A stretch of DNA of 64,000 bases, from assembly GCA_035762085.1 (NCBI GenBank), contig DASTPT010000032.1, positions 1,954 to 65,953 of the forward strand, read 5' to 3'. The DNA comes from Actinomycetota bacterium. Its GTDB lineage: Bacteria > Actinomycetota > UBA4738 > HRBIN12. The notes beneath the pieces were generated by a model that saw only the letters and a list, made by a program, of their open reading frames with translations, did not search any database and was not told where the DNA came from. Below, piece after piece: positions 55,187 through 64,000 of this stretch (position 1 is the first letter of the stretch; each line of letters begins with the position of its first letter). The position numbers and the translations under genes are program-made.

Positions 55187-55957
55187 CTACAGGGGTCCCG
55201 AGATGCCGCCGTCCTTGCGGATCCGCCAGAAGTGCACGGCGAGGAACAGCACCAGCACGAACGGCAGCGCGAGGACGTGCAGCACGTACCAGCGGAGCAA
55301 CGTCTCCGGCCCGACGACCACCCCGCCCAACAGCAGGAAGTTCGCCTGTTTCGCGATGAAGGGCGAGTACCCGGCGAGCGAGGTACCCACGGTCACCGCC
55401 CAGATCGCCAGCTGGTCCCACGGCAGCAGGTAGCCGGTGAACGACAGGCCGAGGGTGAGGAACAACAGCACCACGCCGACGACCCAGTTGAACTCGCGCG
55501 GCGGCTTGTACGCGCCGGTGTAGAAGACGCGCGCCATGTGCAGCGTCACCGAGAGCACCATGAGGTGCGCCCCCCACCGGTGCAGGTTGCGGACGAGGTC
55601 GCCGAAGAACACCGACGTGCGGATGCTCTGCATGTCCGTGTACGCCTGCGCAGAGCCGAGCTCGGCCATGGGTCGGTAGAAGAACATGAGGAAGATGCCG
55701 GTGACGGTGAGCAGGATGAACAGGAAGAACGAGAGGCCGCCCAAGCAGAACGTGTAGGTCAGCTTCAGCCCGTGGCGCTTCATCTTCACCGGGTGCAGGT
55801 GGTACAGCACGTTGTTCATCGTCGCGAGCGCCCGGTCCCGCGACGTGTCCTTGTAGCCCCGGCGGAAGATCGAGCCCGGCCGGAAGATCGACTTCCAGAC
55901 CTCGGTGTCGCGGACGCGCTCGAAGACGGCTCCCGGCGACGGCGGCTTCAGCTTCAC
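55187..55957 (-). CDS. qcrB: Cytochrome b6 (cytochrome b N-terminal domain, QcrB)
   Basis: Alignable to B. subtilis QcrB (…[24 protein letters not shown]…[20 protein letters not shown]…GYLLPWDQ…). GTG start with GAGGGGAAG RBS in the gap after the ferredoxin gene. Confidence 0.82.
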   Translation of the reverse strand: MKLKPPSPGAVFERVRDTEVWKSIFRPGSIFRRGYKDTSRDRALATMNNVLYHLHPVKMKRHGLKLTYTFCLGGLSFFLFILLTVTGIFLMFFYRPMAELGSAQAYTDMQSIRTSVFFGDLVRNLHRWGAHLMVLSVTLHMARVFYTGAYKPPREFNWVVGVVLLFLTLGLSFTGYLLPWDQLAIWAVTVGTSLAGYSPFIAKQANFLLLGGVVVGPETLLRWYVLHVLALPFVLVLFLAVHFWRIRKDGGISGPL

Positions 55958-55985
55958 CCGGCTCTTCCCCTCGTTCCCCTCGGTC

Positions 55986-56381
55986 CTACTCCTCGGCCTT
56001 CTGCGAGGCCGGCACGGCAGCCATCGTCCGCCGGCCGCCGGCGTCCTCCGGCAGCCGCGCATAGTACAGCGTGTCGGTGGGGCAGCGGTCGACGCAGACC
56101 GAGCATCGCGTGCACGCGTTGTCGTCGACGACGAACACGGCGAACGCGTTGCCGACCTCGGCGTCGATCGCGTCGTTCTCCGCGTCGTCCACGATGCCGG
56201 TCGACATCATGTAGATGCAGTTCCAGGGGCACACGTCCTCGCAGGCGCGGCACAGGATGCAGTTGTCCGGATCGAGCATCAGGTGCTTCGGCGACCGCAC
56301 ACCCTGCGAGAGCCAGGCCGCGTCCACGGCCTCGACCACGTAGTCGGTGTGGATGTCGACCTCGGTCTTCGTGAAGGGCAT
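55986..56381 (-). CDS. 2x[4Fe-4S] ferredoxin-like protein encoded inside the bc-complex operon
   Basis: Two CxxCxxCxxxCP motifs ([12 protein letters not shown]; [12 protein letters not shown]). ATGA overlap with the upstream membrane-protein gene. Confidence 0.75.
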   Translation of the reverse strand: MPFTKTEVDIHTDYVVEAVDAAWLSQGVRSPKHLMLDPDNCILCRACEDVCPWNCIYMMSTGIVDDAENDAIDAEVGNAFAVFVVDDNACTRCSVCVDRCPTDTLYYARLPEDAGGRRTMAAVPASQKAEE

Positions 56382-56752
56382 CAGCGATATCCACCCGTCG
56401 GCCGGTCGGCCGATCCGCCGCGGAGCTTCTTGCGCCAGTTCTGCAGGACGACCGCGAGGACCATCACCGTGACGATCGGCCCGGTGGTGAGCCCCATCGC
56501 GATCGCGTCCCGCAGCTCGAGCAGGCCGTCCTGGCTGATCGGCGCCCGAAGGAAGGCCTCGACGTCGGTCGGTCCGCCCCAGCCGAGCTTCTGTTCGGCG
56601 AAGTACATCCAGAACGACGGGATCACGACCGCGGTGATGAGCAGGAAGAACACGAACCCGATCGAGAACACGACCGCGGTCGTCCAGGACCACTCGAAGT
56701 CCCGCACGAACGACTCGGCGCGCTGCTTGGCCTGCTGGAGCCGTTCCCTCAT
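56381..56752 (-). CDS. Small membrane protein (123 aa, 2 TM), first gene of the bc-complex operon
   Basis: Clean ORF with TM helices (WTTAVVFSIGFVFFLLITAVVIP…; GPIVTVMVLAVVLQ). Confidence 0.55.
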   Translation of the reverse strand: MRERLQQAKQRAESFVRDFEWSWTTAVVFSIGFVFFLLITAVVIPSFWMYFAEQKLGWGGPTDVEAFLRAPISQDGLLELRDAIAMGLTTGPIVTVMVLAVVLQNWRKKLRGGSADRPTGGYR

Positions 56753-56850
56753 GCGGACCTCATCCTCACGCTCGAACCGTTCCTCGCTCGCGGCGCGTGA
56801 TTATAGCCGCGCGCCCAACCGATCCCGCCCGGGCTCCCGTTCGCGCCCGC

Positions 56851-56868
56851 TTGTGAAGGCCTTCACGA
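56851..56868. promoter_or_regulatory. Candidate Rex operator (TTGTGAA-GGCC-TTCACGA) in the divergent promoter region between the bc-complex operon and ccdA
   Basis: 13/14 match to the Rex box consensus TTGTGAAnnnnTTCACAA. Rex is encoded 5 kb away. Confidence 0.5.
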
Positions 56869-56954
56869 GCCTAGCGGGACACTATGCCAAGGATGCCCGC
56901 GGACCCGCAACCAGGCCGGCTCTGCGCCGCATCCGGCCCCTACACTTGGGTTCC

Positions 56955-57716
56955 ATGGCTCCCGTGCTCGCAGAGCTCGTCGATGAGGGCCTGGCGTCCT
57001 GGTGGGCGCCGGCGCTCGCGTTCGCGGCGGGGGTGGTGTCGTTCGCGTCGCCATGCGTCTTCCCGCTGGTGCCCGGGTACCTGTCCTTCGTCGCGGGGGG
57101 CGACGCGGCCGCGATCGAGAGCGGCGACACGAGACGGCCGGTCGTGCCGATCCTGCTGTTCATCGGCGGGTTCGCGGCGGTGTTCACCGCGATCGGCGCG
57201 TTCACGGCGACGATGACCGAGATCCTGCGGTCGGCGGTCGGCATCCGGATCTCGGGGCTCATCATCGTGGCCTTCGGGGTGCTGATGCTGCTCGAGGCGT
57301 TCCAGTGGGGCGCGCCGAGCCTGTTCATGGAGCGCCGGCCGTTGCTCGGGAAGGTCAAGCCGGGTCCGGCGTGGGCGTTCCCGCTCGGCGTGGCGTTCGG
57401 GGCGGGGTGGACGCCCTGCATCGGCCCCGTCCTGGCGGGGGTCCTCGCGATCGCCGCGGCCGAGGGCGGCTCCGCGCGTGGGGCGTTCCTCCTGTTCACG
57501 TACTCGATCGGGCTGGGCCTCCCATTCCTGTTGGTCGGCGTCGGCATCCGCCGCCTGATGCGCGCGCTGACGTTCGTGAAGCGCAACTACCACTGGTTCG
57601 CCGGGATCTCCGGCGCGATCATGGTCGCGATCGGCATCCTCGTGTTCACGAACACCTGGACGACGTTGATCGGGCCGATCCTGCGGGCCATCTCCGATTT
57701 CAACCCCCCGATCTGA
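56955..57716 (+). CDS. ccdA: Cytochrome c-type biogenesis thiol:disulfide transporter CcdA (DsbD core)
   Basis: Two conserved Cys in TM helices (SPCVFPL; WTPCIGPVL). Confidence 0.88.
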   Translation: MAPVLAELVDEGLASWWAPALAFAAGVVSFASPCVFPLVPGYLSFVAGGDAAAIESGDTRRPVVPILLFIGGFAAVFTAIGAFTATMTEILRSAVGIRISGLIIVAFGVLMLLEAFQWGAPSLFMERRPLLGKVKPGPAWAFPLGVAFGAGWTPCIGPVLAGVLAIAAAEGGSARGAFLLFTYSIGLGLPFLLVGVGIRRLMRALTFVKRNYHWFAGISGAIMVAIGILVFTNTWTTLIGPILRAISDFNPPI

Positions 57717-57759
57717 CCGGGCGATCGGGGGCCCTTCCCGCTAGGATCGTCGTCTCCGG

Positions 57760-59289
57760 ATGTCCCCGACCGCTCCCGTGCCCACGCTCCGCCGGTCCGT
57801 CGCCCTGGTGTGGCGCTCGCTCCGGTCGATGCGCACGGCGCTCGTCCTGCTCTTGCTCCTGGCGCTCGCGGCCGTCGCCGGCTCGCTCGTGCCACAGGTG
57901 GGCGTGGCCGACGCGCGGATCGCGGCGACGTTCCGCGACCACCCGCTCCGCGCCCGGATCTTCGACCAGCTCGGCCTGTTCGACGTGTACGGGTCCTGGT
58001 GGTTCACGATGATCTACACGCTGCTGCTCGTCTCGCTCATCGCGTGCCTGGTGCCGCGCACCCGCGCGTTCGTCCGCAACCTGCGGGCGCGGCCGGTCCC
58101 GGCGCGCGAGCTGGACGCGATGCGCCACTACGCGGAGCTCGCGGTGGGCGATCCGCCCGAGCAGGCGCTCGGCCGCGCCCGCTCGCTGCTCCGGCGCCGG
58201 CTGTTCCGCGTGAGCGGCCCGAACGGGGCGCCGACGGTCTCCGCCGACAAGGGGCTCGGGCGTGAGGGCGGGAGCCTGCTCTTCCACGCCGCCTTCCTCG
58301 TGCTGCTCGTCGGGGTGGTCTTGGGGCGGGGGACCGGCTTCAGCGGCCAGGCCGTGATCGTCGAGGGCCAGACGTGGACCGAGGCCCACGCCAACTACGA
58401 CGGCACCGTCCGCGAGGGCCGATTCTTCGGCGAGGATCACTCCGGCGTACAGGTGCGCGTCGAGGACTTCCGAGCGACCTACCGTCCGACCGGGCAACCG
58501 CGGGACTTCGTCACCCGGGCGACCCTCCTCGATGCGGAGGGCGGGGAGCTCGAGCGCGTCGACATCCGTGTGAACCATCCGGCCGAGGCCGAGGGCGTGA
58601 AGTTCTACCAGTTCGGGTACGGGTGGGCTCCGGTGATCCGTGTCGAGGAGGACGGCGAGGCGATCTTCGACGGCCCGGTGGTTTGTCAGCAGGAGACGCC
58701 GCCGGAGGACGTGAGCCAGCTCCAGGTCCCCTGGACGTGCGTCGTGAAGCTCCCGTCCCTGGACCCACAGGTCGGGATCCGGTTCGAGCTGTGGCCCGAC
58801 CGGCGGGGGCTGCTCGCGCTGCTCGAGACCGGCGAGGCGATGCCGATGCTCGTCGAGTACGCCCCGGTCATGACATGGGAGGCGTTCGAGGGCGACCTGC
58901 GCGCCGAGCTGGTGCAGAGCGTCGGGGTGCTCGACACCTCGGCGATGCGGCCGCTCGACACGGGGGTGCTCGGCGCGGGCGAGACGGTGGACCTGCGACC
59001 CGGTCTCACGGTCGGGTTCACCGACCTGCGCCAGTACACGGTGCTCAGCGTGAGCCGGGACCGGGGCCTGTGGATCGTGCTCGCGGCCGCTATCCTCATC
59101 CTCCTCGGGCTGCTGCCGGCCCTGTACACGTCCCGGCGGAAGCTCTGGGTGACCGCCGAGGCGGCCGGGGCGGGCACGCTCCTCAAGGTGGGGGGATTCG
59201 CGCTGCAGCGGCGGAGCCAGTTCGAGGAGGAGTTCTCGCGACTCGTGCGCGATCTGCGGCGGGTCCCGGAGGAAAGGGTGGGCTCGTGA
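57760..59289 (+). CDS. resB: Cytochrome c biogenesis protein ResB (Ccs1)
   Basis: ResB architecture: N-terminal TMs, large extracytoplasmic domain, C-terminal TM. Confidence 0.85.
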   Translation: MSPTAPVPTLRRSVALVWRSLRSMRTALVLLLLLALAAVAGSLVPQVGVADARIAATFRDHPLRARIFDQLGLFDVYGSWWFTMIYTLLLVSLIACLVPRTRAFVRNLRARPVPARELDAMRHYAELAVGDPPEQALGRARSLLRRRLFRVSGPNGAPTVSADKGLGREGGSLLFHAAFLVLLVGVVLGRGTGFSGQAVIVEGQTWTEAHANYDGTVREGRFFGEDHSGVQVRVEDFRATYRPTGQPRDFVTRATLLDAEGGELERVDIRVNHPAEAEGVKFYQFGYGWAPVIRVEEDGEAIFDGPVVCQQETPPEDVSQLQVPWTCVVKLPSLDPQVGIRFELWPDRRGLLALLETGEAMPMLVEYAPVMTWEAFEGDLRAELVQSVGVLDTSAMRPLDTGVLGAGETVDLRPGLTVGFTDLRQYTVLSVSRDRGLWIVLAAAILILLGLLPALYTSRRKLWVTAEAAGAGTLLKVGGFALQRRSQFEEEFSRLVRDLRRVPEERVGS

Positions 59290-60224
59290 GCACCGAGACG
59301 TGGATTTTGCTCTCGACGGGCGCGTTCAGCGTGGCGTTCTTCGGGTACCTGTTCGGGATGCTCGCCGCGTTCCACTTCCTCGCGTTCCGGCGCCCGACCG
59401 TCTGGGCCGTGTCGATCGCGGCCACGGTGCTGGGGCTCGCCGCGCATCTGCTGTCGATCGTGGGCCGGGGCGTCGCGGCCGACCGGATCCCGCTCGGCAA
59501 CATGTACGAGTACTCCCTCCTGCTCTCGTTCCTGGTCGTGCTCGCGTACCTCGTGTTCGTCGAGGGCCTCGGGCGCGTCCGGACGGTGGGCGGGTTCGTC
59601 CTGGGGTTCGCCGTCATCACGATGGCGGTGGCCGTGCTGTTCCTCTACGTCGGCCCGGCGCCGCTGATCCCCGCGCTGAACTCGTACTGGCGGCAGGTCC
59701 ACGTGAGCTCGATGATCGTGAGCTCGTCGCTGCTCGCGCTCGGGGGCGTTCTCACGATCCTGTACCTCGTGAAGGAGCGTCGGGAGCGCCGGCGCGGGGA
59801 GCCGGCGCCGATCATGGGCGGCGCCGTGAGCCTGGACGACGCCCCGCCGCACTTCGAGGCCGGCGCCGACGAGCCGCCGCCGGCGGCGCCCGGCGCACGG
59901 CGCGGGCTGCTGCCGCGCTCGTCGACGCTGGACCGGCTGGCCTACCGTACGATCGCCTTCGGGTTCCCGATCTGGACGTTCGGCATCATCACCGGCGCGA
60001 TCTGGGCCGAGAGCGCATGGGGACGCTACTGGGGATGGGACCCGAAGGAGACATGGTCGTTCATCACGTGGACGGTCTTCGCCGGGTACCTGCACGCGCG
60101 CGCGACGTCGGGATGGAAGGGTCGGCGAGCGGCGATCGTGGCGCTCGTCGGGTTCGTGTCGCTGCTCGTCACGTACTACGCCGTGAACCTGTGGATCGTC
60201 GGACTGCACTCGTACGCGACGTGA
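59286..60224 (+). CDS. ccsA: Cytochrome c biogenesis protein CcsA (ResC)
   Basis: WGxxWxWD tryptophan-rich motif (WGRYWGWDPKETWSFITW). GTGA overlap with resB. Confidence 0.88.
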   Translation: MSTETWILLSTGAFSVAFFGYLFGMLAAFHFLAFRRPTVWAVSIAATVLGLAAHLLSIVGRGVAADRIPLGNMYEYSLLLSFLVVLAYLVFVEGLGRVRTVGGFVLGFAVITMAVAVLFLYVGPAPLIPALNSYWRQVHVSSMIVSSSLLALGGVLTILYLVKERRERRRGEPAPIMGGAVSLDDAPPHFEAGADEPPPAAPGARRGLLPRSSTLDRLAYRTIAFGFPIWTFGIITGAIWAESAWGRYWGWDPKETWSFITWTVFAGYLHARATSGWKGRRAAIVALVGFVSLLVTYYAVNLWIVGLHSYAT

Positions 60225-60324
60225 CGCCGCTTGCATCCATCCGCGGAGACCGTGCTATCGTCCCACAGCTTCCGTGCCCGACGGAGGCGAGCCCGTGAGG
60301 AGTAGGAAGAACGTGCGTACCCGG

Positions 60325-61428
60325 ATGCGGTGGGTCTGGGCCGTGGTCGGCCTGGCCGTGATCGCCGCTGCCTGCGCACCGAACGCCCAACAGGACTCGC
60401 TGAACCCGCAGGGTCCGTACGCGGACAAGGTGTACGACCTGTTCGTGCCCGTCTTCTGGATCGCGACGGCGGTCTTCGTCGTGGTCGAAGGGCTCCTGAT
60501 CTTCTTCGTGATCCGCTACCGACGGCGCAAGAACCGCCCGGCGCAGATGCCGCCGCAGATCCACGGCAACAACCGGCTCGAGATCGCGTGGACGATCCTG
60601 CCTGCGCTGATCCTCGCCGGGGTCGCGGTCCCGACCGTCACGACGATCTTCGACCTGGCGCGCGAGCCCGAGGGCAACGCCCTCGAGGTGAACGTGATGG
60701 GCCACCAGTGGTGGTGGGAGTTCGACTACCCGGCCGAGGACATCAACACCGCGAACGAGCTCCACATCCCCACCGGACGCCCGGTGCTGCTCACGCTGTG
60801 CGCGGTCGGCCTCGGTTACGAGGACAAGCCGACGCCATCGGACTGCCAGCCGGGTCCGCCGGACGGCGACCAGCCCGCCGCGATCGGCGACGGCGTGATC
60901 CACTCGTTCTGGGTGCCCGAGCTCGCGGGGACCCAGGACGTGCTTCCCGGGCAGGCGAACACGCTGCTGATCCAGGCGGATCGGCCGGGACGGTACTCGG
61001 GGCAGTGCAAGGAGTTCTGTGGCCTGTCCCACGCGTACATGAAGTTCGCGGTCGTGGCGCACGCGCCCGACGACTACGAGGCGTGGGTGCGGAACGAGCA
61101 GGCCGACGCCGTCACCCCCGATCCGGGCTCGCTCGCCGCCACCGGCATGGACGTGTTCCTCAACGGGCAGTGCATCGCCTGCCACGCCGTCCAGGGGCTC
61201 GAGGACGCGAACGGGAACCCGGTCGTGGCCAACGGCGGGCCGAACCTGACGCACTTCGCCGACCGCGAGTGCTTCGCCGGGTGCTGGCTGCCGACCGACG
61301 ACGCGGAGGAGCTCGCTCGGTGGCTGGACGACCCGGCGGCGGTGAAGGAGGGATCGTGGATGCCCGACTACGGCCTCACGCCGGAGGAGATCGACGCCCT
61401 GGTCGCCTACCTGCACAGCCTGACGTGA
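60325..61428 (+). CDS. ctaC: Cytochrome c oxidase subunit II with a C-terminal cytochrome c domain (caa3-type CtaC)
   Basis: CuA site (H…CKEFCGLSHAYM) and a C-terminal CIACH heme motif. Lipoprotein-like signal. ATG at 60325 chosen; the ORF track starts at 60274. Confidence 0.85.
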   Translation: MRWVWAVVGLAVIAAACAPNAQQDSLNPQGPYADKVYDLFVPVFWIATAVFVVVEGLLIFFVIRYRRRKNRPAQMPPQIHGNNRLEIAWTILPALILAGVAVPTVTTIFDLAREPEGNALEVNVMGHQWWWEFDYPAEDINTANELHIPTGRPVLLTLCAVGLGYEDKPTPSDCQPGPPDGDQPAAIGDGVIHSFWVPELAGTQDVLPGQANTLLIQADRPGRYSGQCKEFCGLSHAYMKFAVVAHAPDDYEAWVRNEQADAVTPDPGSLAATGMDVFLNGQCIACHAVQGLEDANGNPVVANGGPNLTHFADRECFAGCWLPTDDAEELARWLDDPAAVKEGSWMPDYGLTPEEIDALVAYLHSLT

Positions 61429-61447
61429 CGGAGGACGGAGGACACCC

Positions 61448-63325
61448 ATGGCGAGCGTGAGCGTCCCGAGCGACGGATCGACCCGGGGTCTGTTCCGACG
61501 CCCCGCCGCGACCACGGGGTTCTGGAGCTGGCTGACGACCGTCGACCACAAGAAGATCGGCATCCTCTACGGCGTCACCGCCTTCGCCTTCTTCATCATC
61601 GGCGGGTCCGAGGCGCTGCTGATCCGGCTGCAGCTCGCGCAGCCGAACCAAGAGCTCCTGTCGCCGTCCGTCTACAACGAGGTGTTCACGATGCACGGCG
61701 TCACGATGGTCTTCCTCGTCGTGATGCCGCTCTCGGCCGCGTTCATCAACTACCTGATCCCGCTCATGATCGGTGCCCGGGACGTCGCCTTCCCGCGGCT
61801 GAACGCGTTCAGCTACTGGGCCTTCCTGTTCGGCGGCATCTTCGTCTACTCCAGCTGGTTCCTCGGCGGCGCCCCGAACGGCGGCTGGTTCGGGTACGCG
61901 CCGAACGCCGTGCTTGACCCCACGCGCGGCATGACGTTCTACGCGATCGGCCTGCTGATGACCGGCGTCGCCTCCACGGTCTCGGCGGTGAACCTGGCCG
62001 TGACGATCCTGAACATGCGCGCGCCGGGCATGACGTTGTTCCGGATGCCCGTGTTCGTCTGGATGAGCCTGGTCGTGCAGTTCCTGCTGGCCTTCTCGCT
62101 GCCGATCATCTCGGTCGCCCTGTTCGAGTTGCTGTTCGACAAGCGGTTCGGGACGCACTTCTTCGACTCGGTCGCCGGTGGTGACCCGGTGCTGTGGCAG
62201 CACCTGTTCTGGCTGTTCGGCCACCCCGAGGTCTACATCTTGGTCCTGCCCGCGATGGGCATCGTGTCCGAGGTGCTGCCGGTCTTCAGCCGCAAGCCAC
62301 TGTTCGGGTACCAGTTCGTGGTGTTCAGCGGCATCGCGATCGGGTTCATCGGGTTCGGCGTGTGGGTGCACCACATGTACGCGGTCGGGCTGGGGCCGAT
62401 CGCGAACACCGCGTTCGGCATCTCGACGATCATCATCGCCGTGCCGACGGGCGTGAAGATCTTCAACTGGCTCGGCACGATGTGGAAGGGTGACCTGACC
62501 TTCCCAACGCCGATGCTGTTCTCGATCGGCTTCGTCTCGATGTTCATCATCGGGGGACTCTCGGGCGTGACGCACTCGGTGGTGCCGTCGGACTACCAGC
62601 AGACCGACACGTACTACGTCGTCGCGCACTTCCACTACGTGCTCTTCGGAGGCGCGATCTTCGGGCTGTTCGCCGGGATGTTCTACTGGTGGCCGAAGGC
62701 CTTCGGCCGCAAGCTGAGCGAGGGCCTCGGCAAGGTCTCGTTCTGGACCATGCTCGTCGGCTTCAACCTCACGTTCGGCCCGATGCACATCCTCGGCCTG
62801 CAGGGGATGCCGCGGCGGATCCAGACCTACCCCGAGGAGCTCGGGCTCACCTTCTACAACCTGGTCTCCACGATCGGCGCGTTCACGATCGCGCTGTCGG
62901 TGCTGCTGTTCCTCGCCAACGTCGTGATCACGCACCGCAAGCCCCGCGGCGCGGAGGCCGACCCCTGGGACGCCCGGACGCTCGAGTGGCTCACGACGTC
63001 TCCGCCGCCCGAGCACAACTTCGACGAGATCCCCAGGGTCCACTCGCTCGACGAGGCGTGGCACCGCAAGTACGCCGAGACCGAGGGCGGGGCCGTCGTC
63101 CCCGTGCCCGCCGGCGGCTCGGGCGTCGCGGTCGAACACGCGGGAGGCCACGAGGGCGGCCACGGGATCCACCTGCCCTCGCCCTCGTACTACCCGCTCG
63201 TCGCTTCGATCGGCATGTTCGTGCTCGGGTACGGCGTGATCTTCTCGTGGCTGCTGGCCGGCGCCGGCGCGGTGATCATGCTCGCCGGCTTCTACGGATG
63301 GGCGCTGGAGCCCTCGGCGGAGTAG
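61448..63325 (+). CDS. ctaD: Cytochrome c oxidase subunit I (CtaD) with a C-terminal extra TM extension (CtaF-like)
   Basis: Heme-copper oxidase subunit I motifs (…WFFGHPEVYIL…HHMY…). 625 aa, about 80 aa longer than typical. Confidence 0.9.
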   Translation: MASVSVPSDGSTRGLFRRPAATTGFWSWLTTVDHKKIGILYGVTAFAFFIIGGSEALLIRLQLAQPNQELLSPSVYNEVFTMHGVTMVFLVVMPLSAAFINYLIPLMIGARDVAFPRLNAFSYWAFLFGGIFVYSSWFLGGAPNGGWFGYAPNAVLDPTRGMTFYAIGLLMTGVASTVSAVNLAVTILNMRAPGMTLFRMPVFVWMSLVVQFLLAFSLPIISVALFELLFDKRFGTHFFDSVAGGDPVLWQHLFWLFGHPEVYILVLPAMGIVSEVLPVFSRKPLFGYQFVVFSGIAIGFIGFGVWVHHMYAVGLGPIANTAFGISTIIIAVPTGVKIFNWLGTMWKGDLTFPTPMLFSIGFVSMFIIGGLSGVTHSVVPSDYQQTDTYYVVAHFHYVLFGGAIFGLFAGMFYWWPKAFGRKLSEGLGKVSFWTMLVGFNLTFGPMHILGLQGMPRRIQTYPEELGLTFYNLVSTIGAFTIALSVLLFLANVVITHRKPRGAEADPWDARTLEWLTTSPPPEHNFDEIPRVHSLDEAWHRKYAETEGGAVVPVPAGGSGVAVEHAGGHEGGHGIHLPSPSYYPLVASIGMFVLGYGVIFSWLLAGAGAVIMLAGFYGWALEPSAE

Positions 63326-63333
63326 GAGCGCGC

Positions 63334-63948
63334 ATGCAGGAGTCCGCCGCCGTCCACGCCTTCGAGAGCGAGCACGAGGCCACCAGCACCGGACTGCCGA
63401 ACACGAAGCTCGCGATGTGGATCTTCCTGGCCTCGGACGTGCTGCTGTTCGGGGCGCTGATCACCAGCTACGTCGTGTACCGAGGCCGGAGCATCGTCGG
63501 GCCGTACCCGAACGACGTCTTCGACATCCCGTACACATCGGTGTCGTCGTTCGTCCTGCTCGCGAGCTCGCTCACGATGGTGCTCGCGCTCTCGTCGGTG
63601 CAGCGCGGGGACCTGCCGCGGTTGCGGCTGTGGCTGCTCGCCACGGCGCTGCTCGGCCTCACGTTCGTCGGCGGGCAGGTCTACGAGTTCACGACGTTCT
63701 ACGAGGAGGGTCTCAGCCTCACGACGAACCTGTTCGGCACGACGTTCTACGTGCTGACCGGGTTCCACGGGACGCACGTCGCGATCGGGATCCTGATGTT
63801 GCTCACCCTGTTCTCGCTGTCGTTCGGCGGGCGGATCACGCAACGGGACTCGCTCACGGTCGAGCTCGTCGGGCTCTACTGGCACTTCGTCGACATCGTG
63901 TGGATCGTGATCTTCACGGTCGTGTACCTGGTCCCGACGGGGCCGTAG
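63334..63948 (+). CDS. ctaE: Cytochrome c oxidase subunit III (CtaE)
   Basis: SU III helices (…FGTTFYVLTGFHGTHV…). GGAGTAGGAG RBS before the ATG at 63334. Confidence 0.85.
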   Translation: MQESAAVHAFESEHEATSTGLPNTKLAMWIFLASDVLLFGALITSYVVYRGRSIVGPYPNDVFDIPYTSVSSFVLLASSLTMVLALSSVQRGDLPRLRLWLLATALLGLTFVGGQVYEFTTFYEEGLSLTTNLFGTTFYVLTGFHGTHVAIGILMLLTLFSLSFGGRITQRDSLTVELVGLYWHFVDIVWIVIFTVVYLVPTGP

Positions 63949-63957
63949 GAGGCGTGG

Positions 63958-64000
63958 TGGAGCAGACCGGCACGGGAACCGAGCACGAGGTCGCCACGGC
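63958..64000 (+). CDS. 5' end of a further gene in the cta operon (partial, runs off the window)
   Basis: GTG at 63958 ten nt after the ctaE stop. Only 14 codons are visible. Confidence 0.25.

Noticed and set aside
1-64000. Search for CRISPR arrays, transposases, integrases, phage genes or defence systems
   Set aside because: No direct-repeat arrays, no transposase/integrase-like ORFs and no recognisable RM/TA/Abi/CBASS-type gene signatures were seen. The window looks like conserved core genome.

Overview
This window is a very high-GC (~70%+) chromosomal segment that looks like housekeeping core genome of an actinobacterium rather than an accessory island. Actinobacterial markers are the mycothiol glycosyltransferase MshA, the orphan regulator GlnR, ribosomal protein bS22 and a glnA–glnE–glnA arrangement. 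A split cytochrome b6/subunit-IV menaquinol:cytochrome c reductase suggests a deep-branching lineage such as Thermoleophilia or Rubrobacteria (inference). Most of the long antisense ORFs in the six-frame track are GC-driven frame artefacts.

Gene content in order:
- a tRNA cluster (Phe, Asp, Glu on the minus strand, a DUF192 gene, then tRNA-Lys)
- a SIMPL protein, nadE, and a 1321-aa tandem class-III nucleotidyl cyclase–AAA–TPR (STAND-like) protein
- a nitrogen module: glnA2, glnE, an MscL with a C-terminal zinc ribbon, alkA-like, ridA, glnA1 and glnR, with predicted GlnR boxes
- a MoaD-like carrier with a DAGK-like kinase, then sulfate assimilation genes cysH and sat
- an M23 peptidase, an HD-GYP phosphodiesterase, asparaginase II and mshA
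- a ~300–370-nt structured leader or sRNA in front of a tetR–proline dehydrogenase–proC operon
- a proline/amino-acid/polyamine catabolic cluster: P5C dehydrogenase, two class-III aminotransferases, CoA-transferase A/B, PepE, an AcuC-like amidohydrolase translationally coupled to pyruvate kinase
- two SDRs, a Clp1-like P-loop kinase, bS22, a lipoprotein hydrolase coupled to a DUF62 SAM hydrolase, and an S55 (SpoIVB-like) peptidase
- an ECF sigma/anti-sigma pair, a glutaredoxin-like protein and Rex
- a Rex-operator-fronted respiratory locus: an unusual b6c-type complex operon carrying a ferredoxin, a Pro/Ala-rich subunit IV and extra small membrane proteins; cytochrome c biogenesis ccdA–resB–ccsA; and caa3-type ctaC–ctaD–ctaE.

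I found no CRISPR array, no mobile elements and no recognisable defence system. The most novel candidates are the unusual respiratory operon, the structured RNA leader and several small unannotated ORFs. Coordinates derived by counting residues back from stop codons may be off by one codon.
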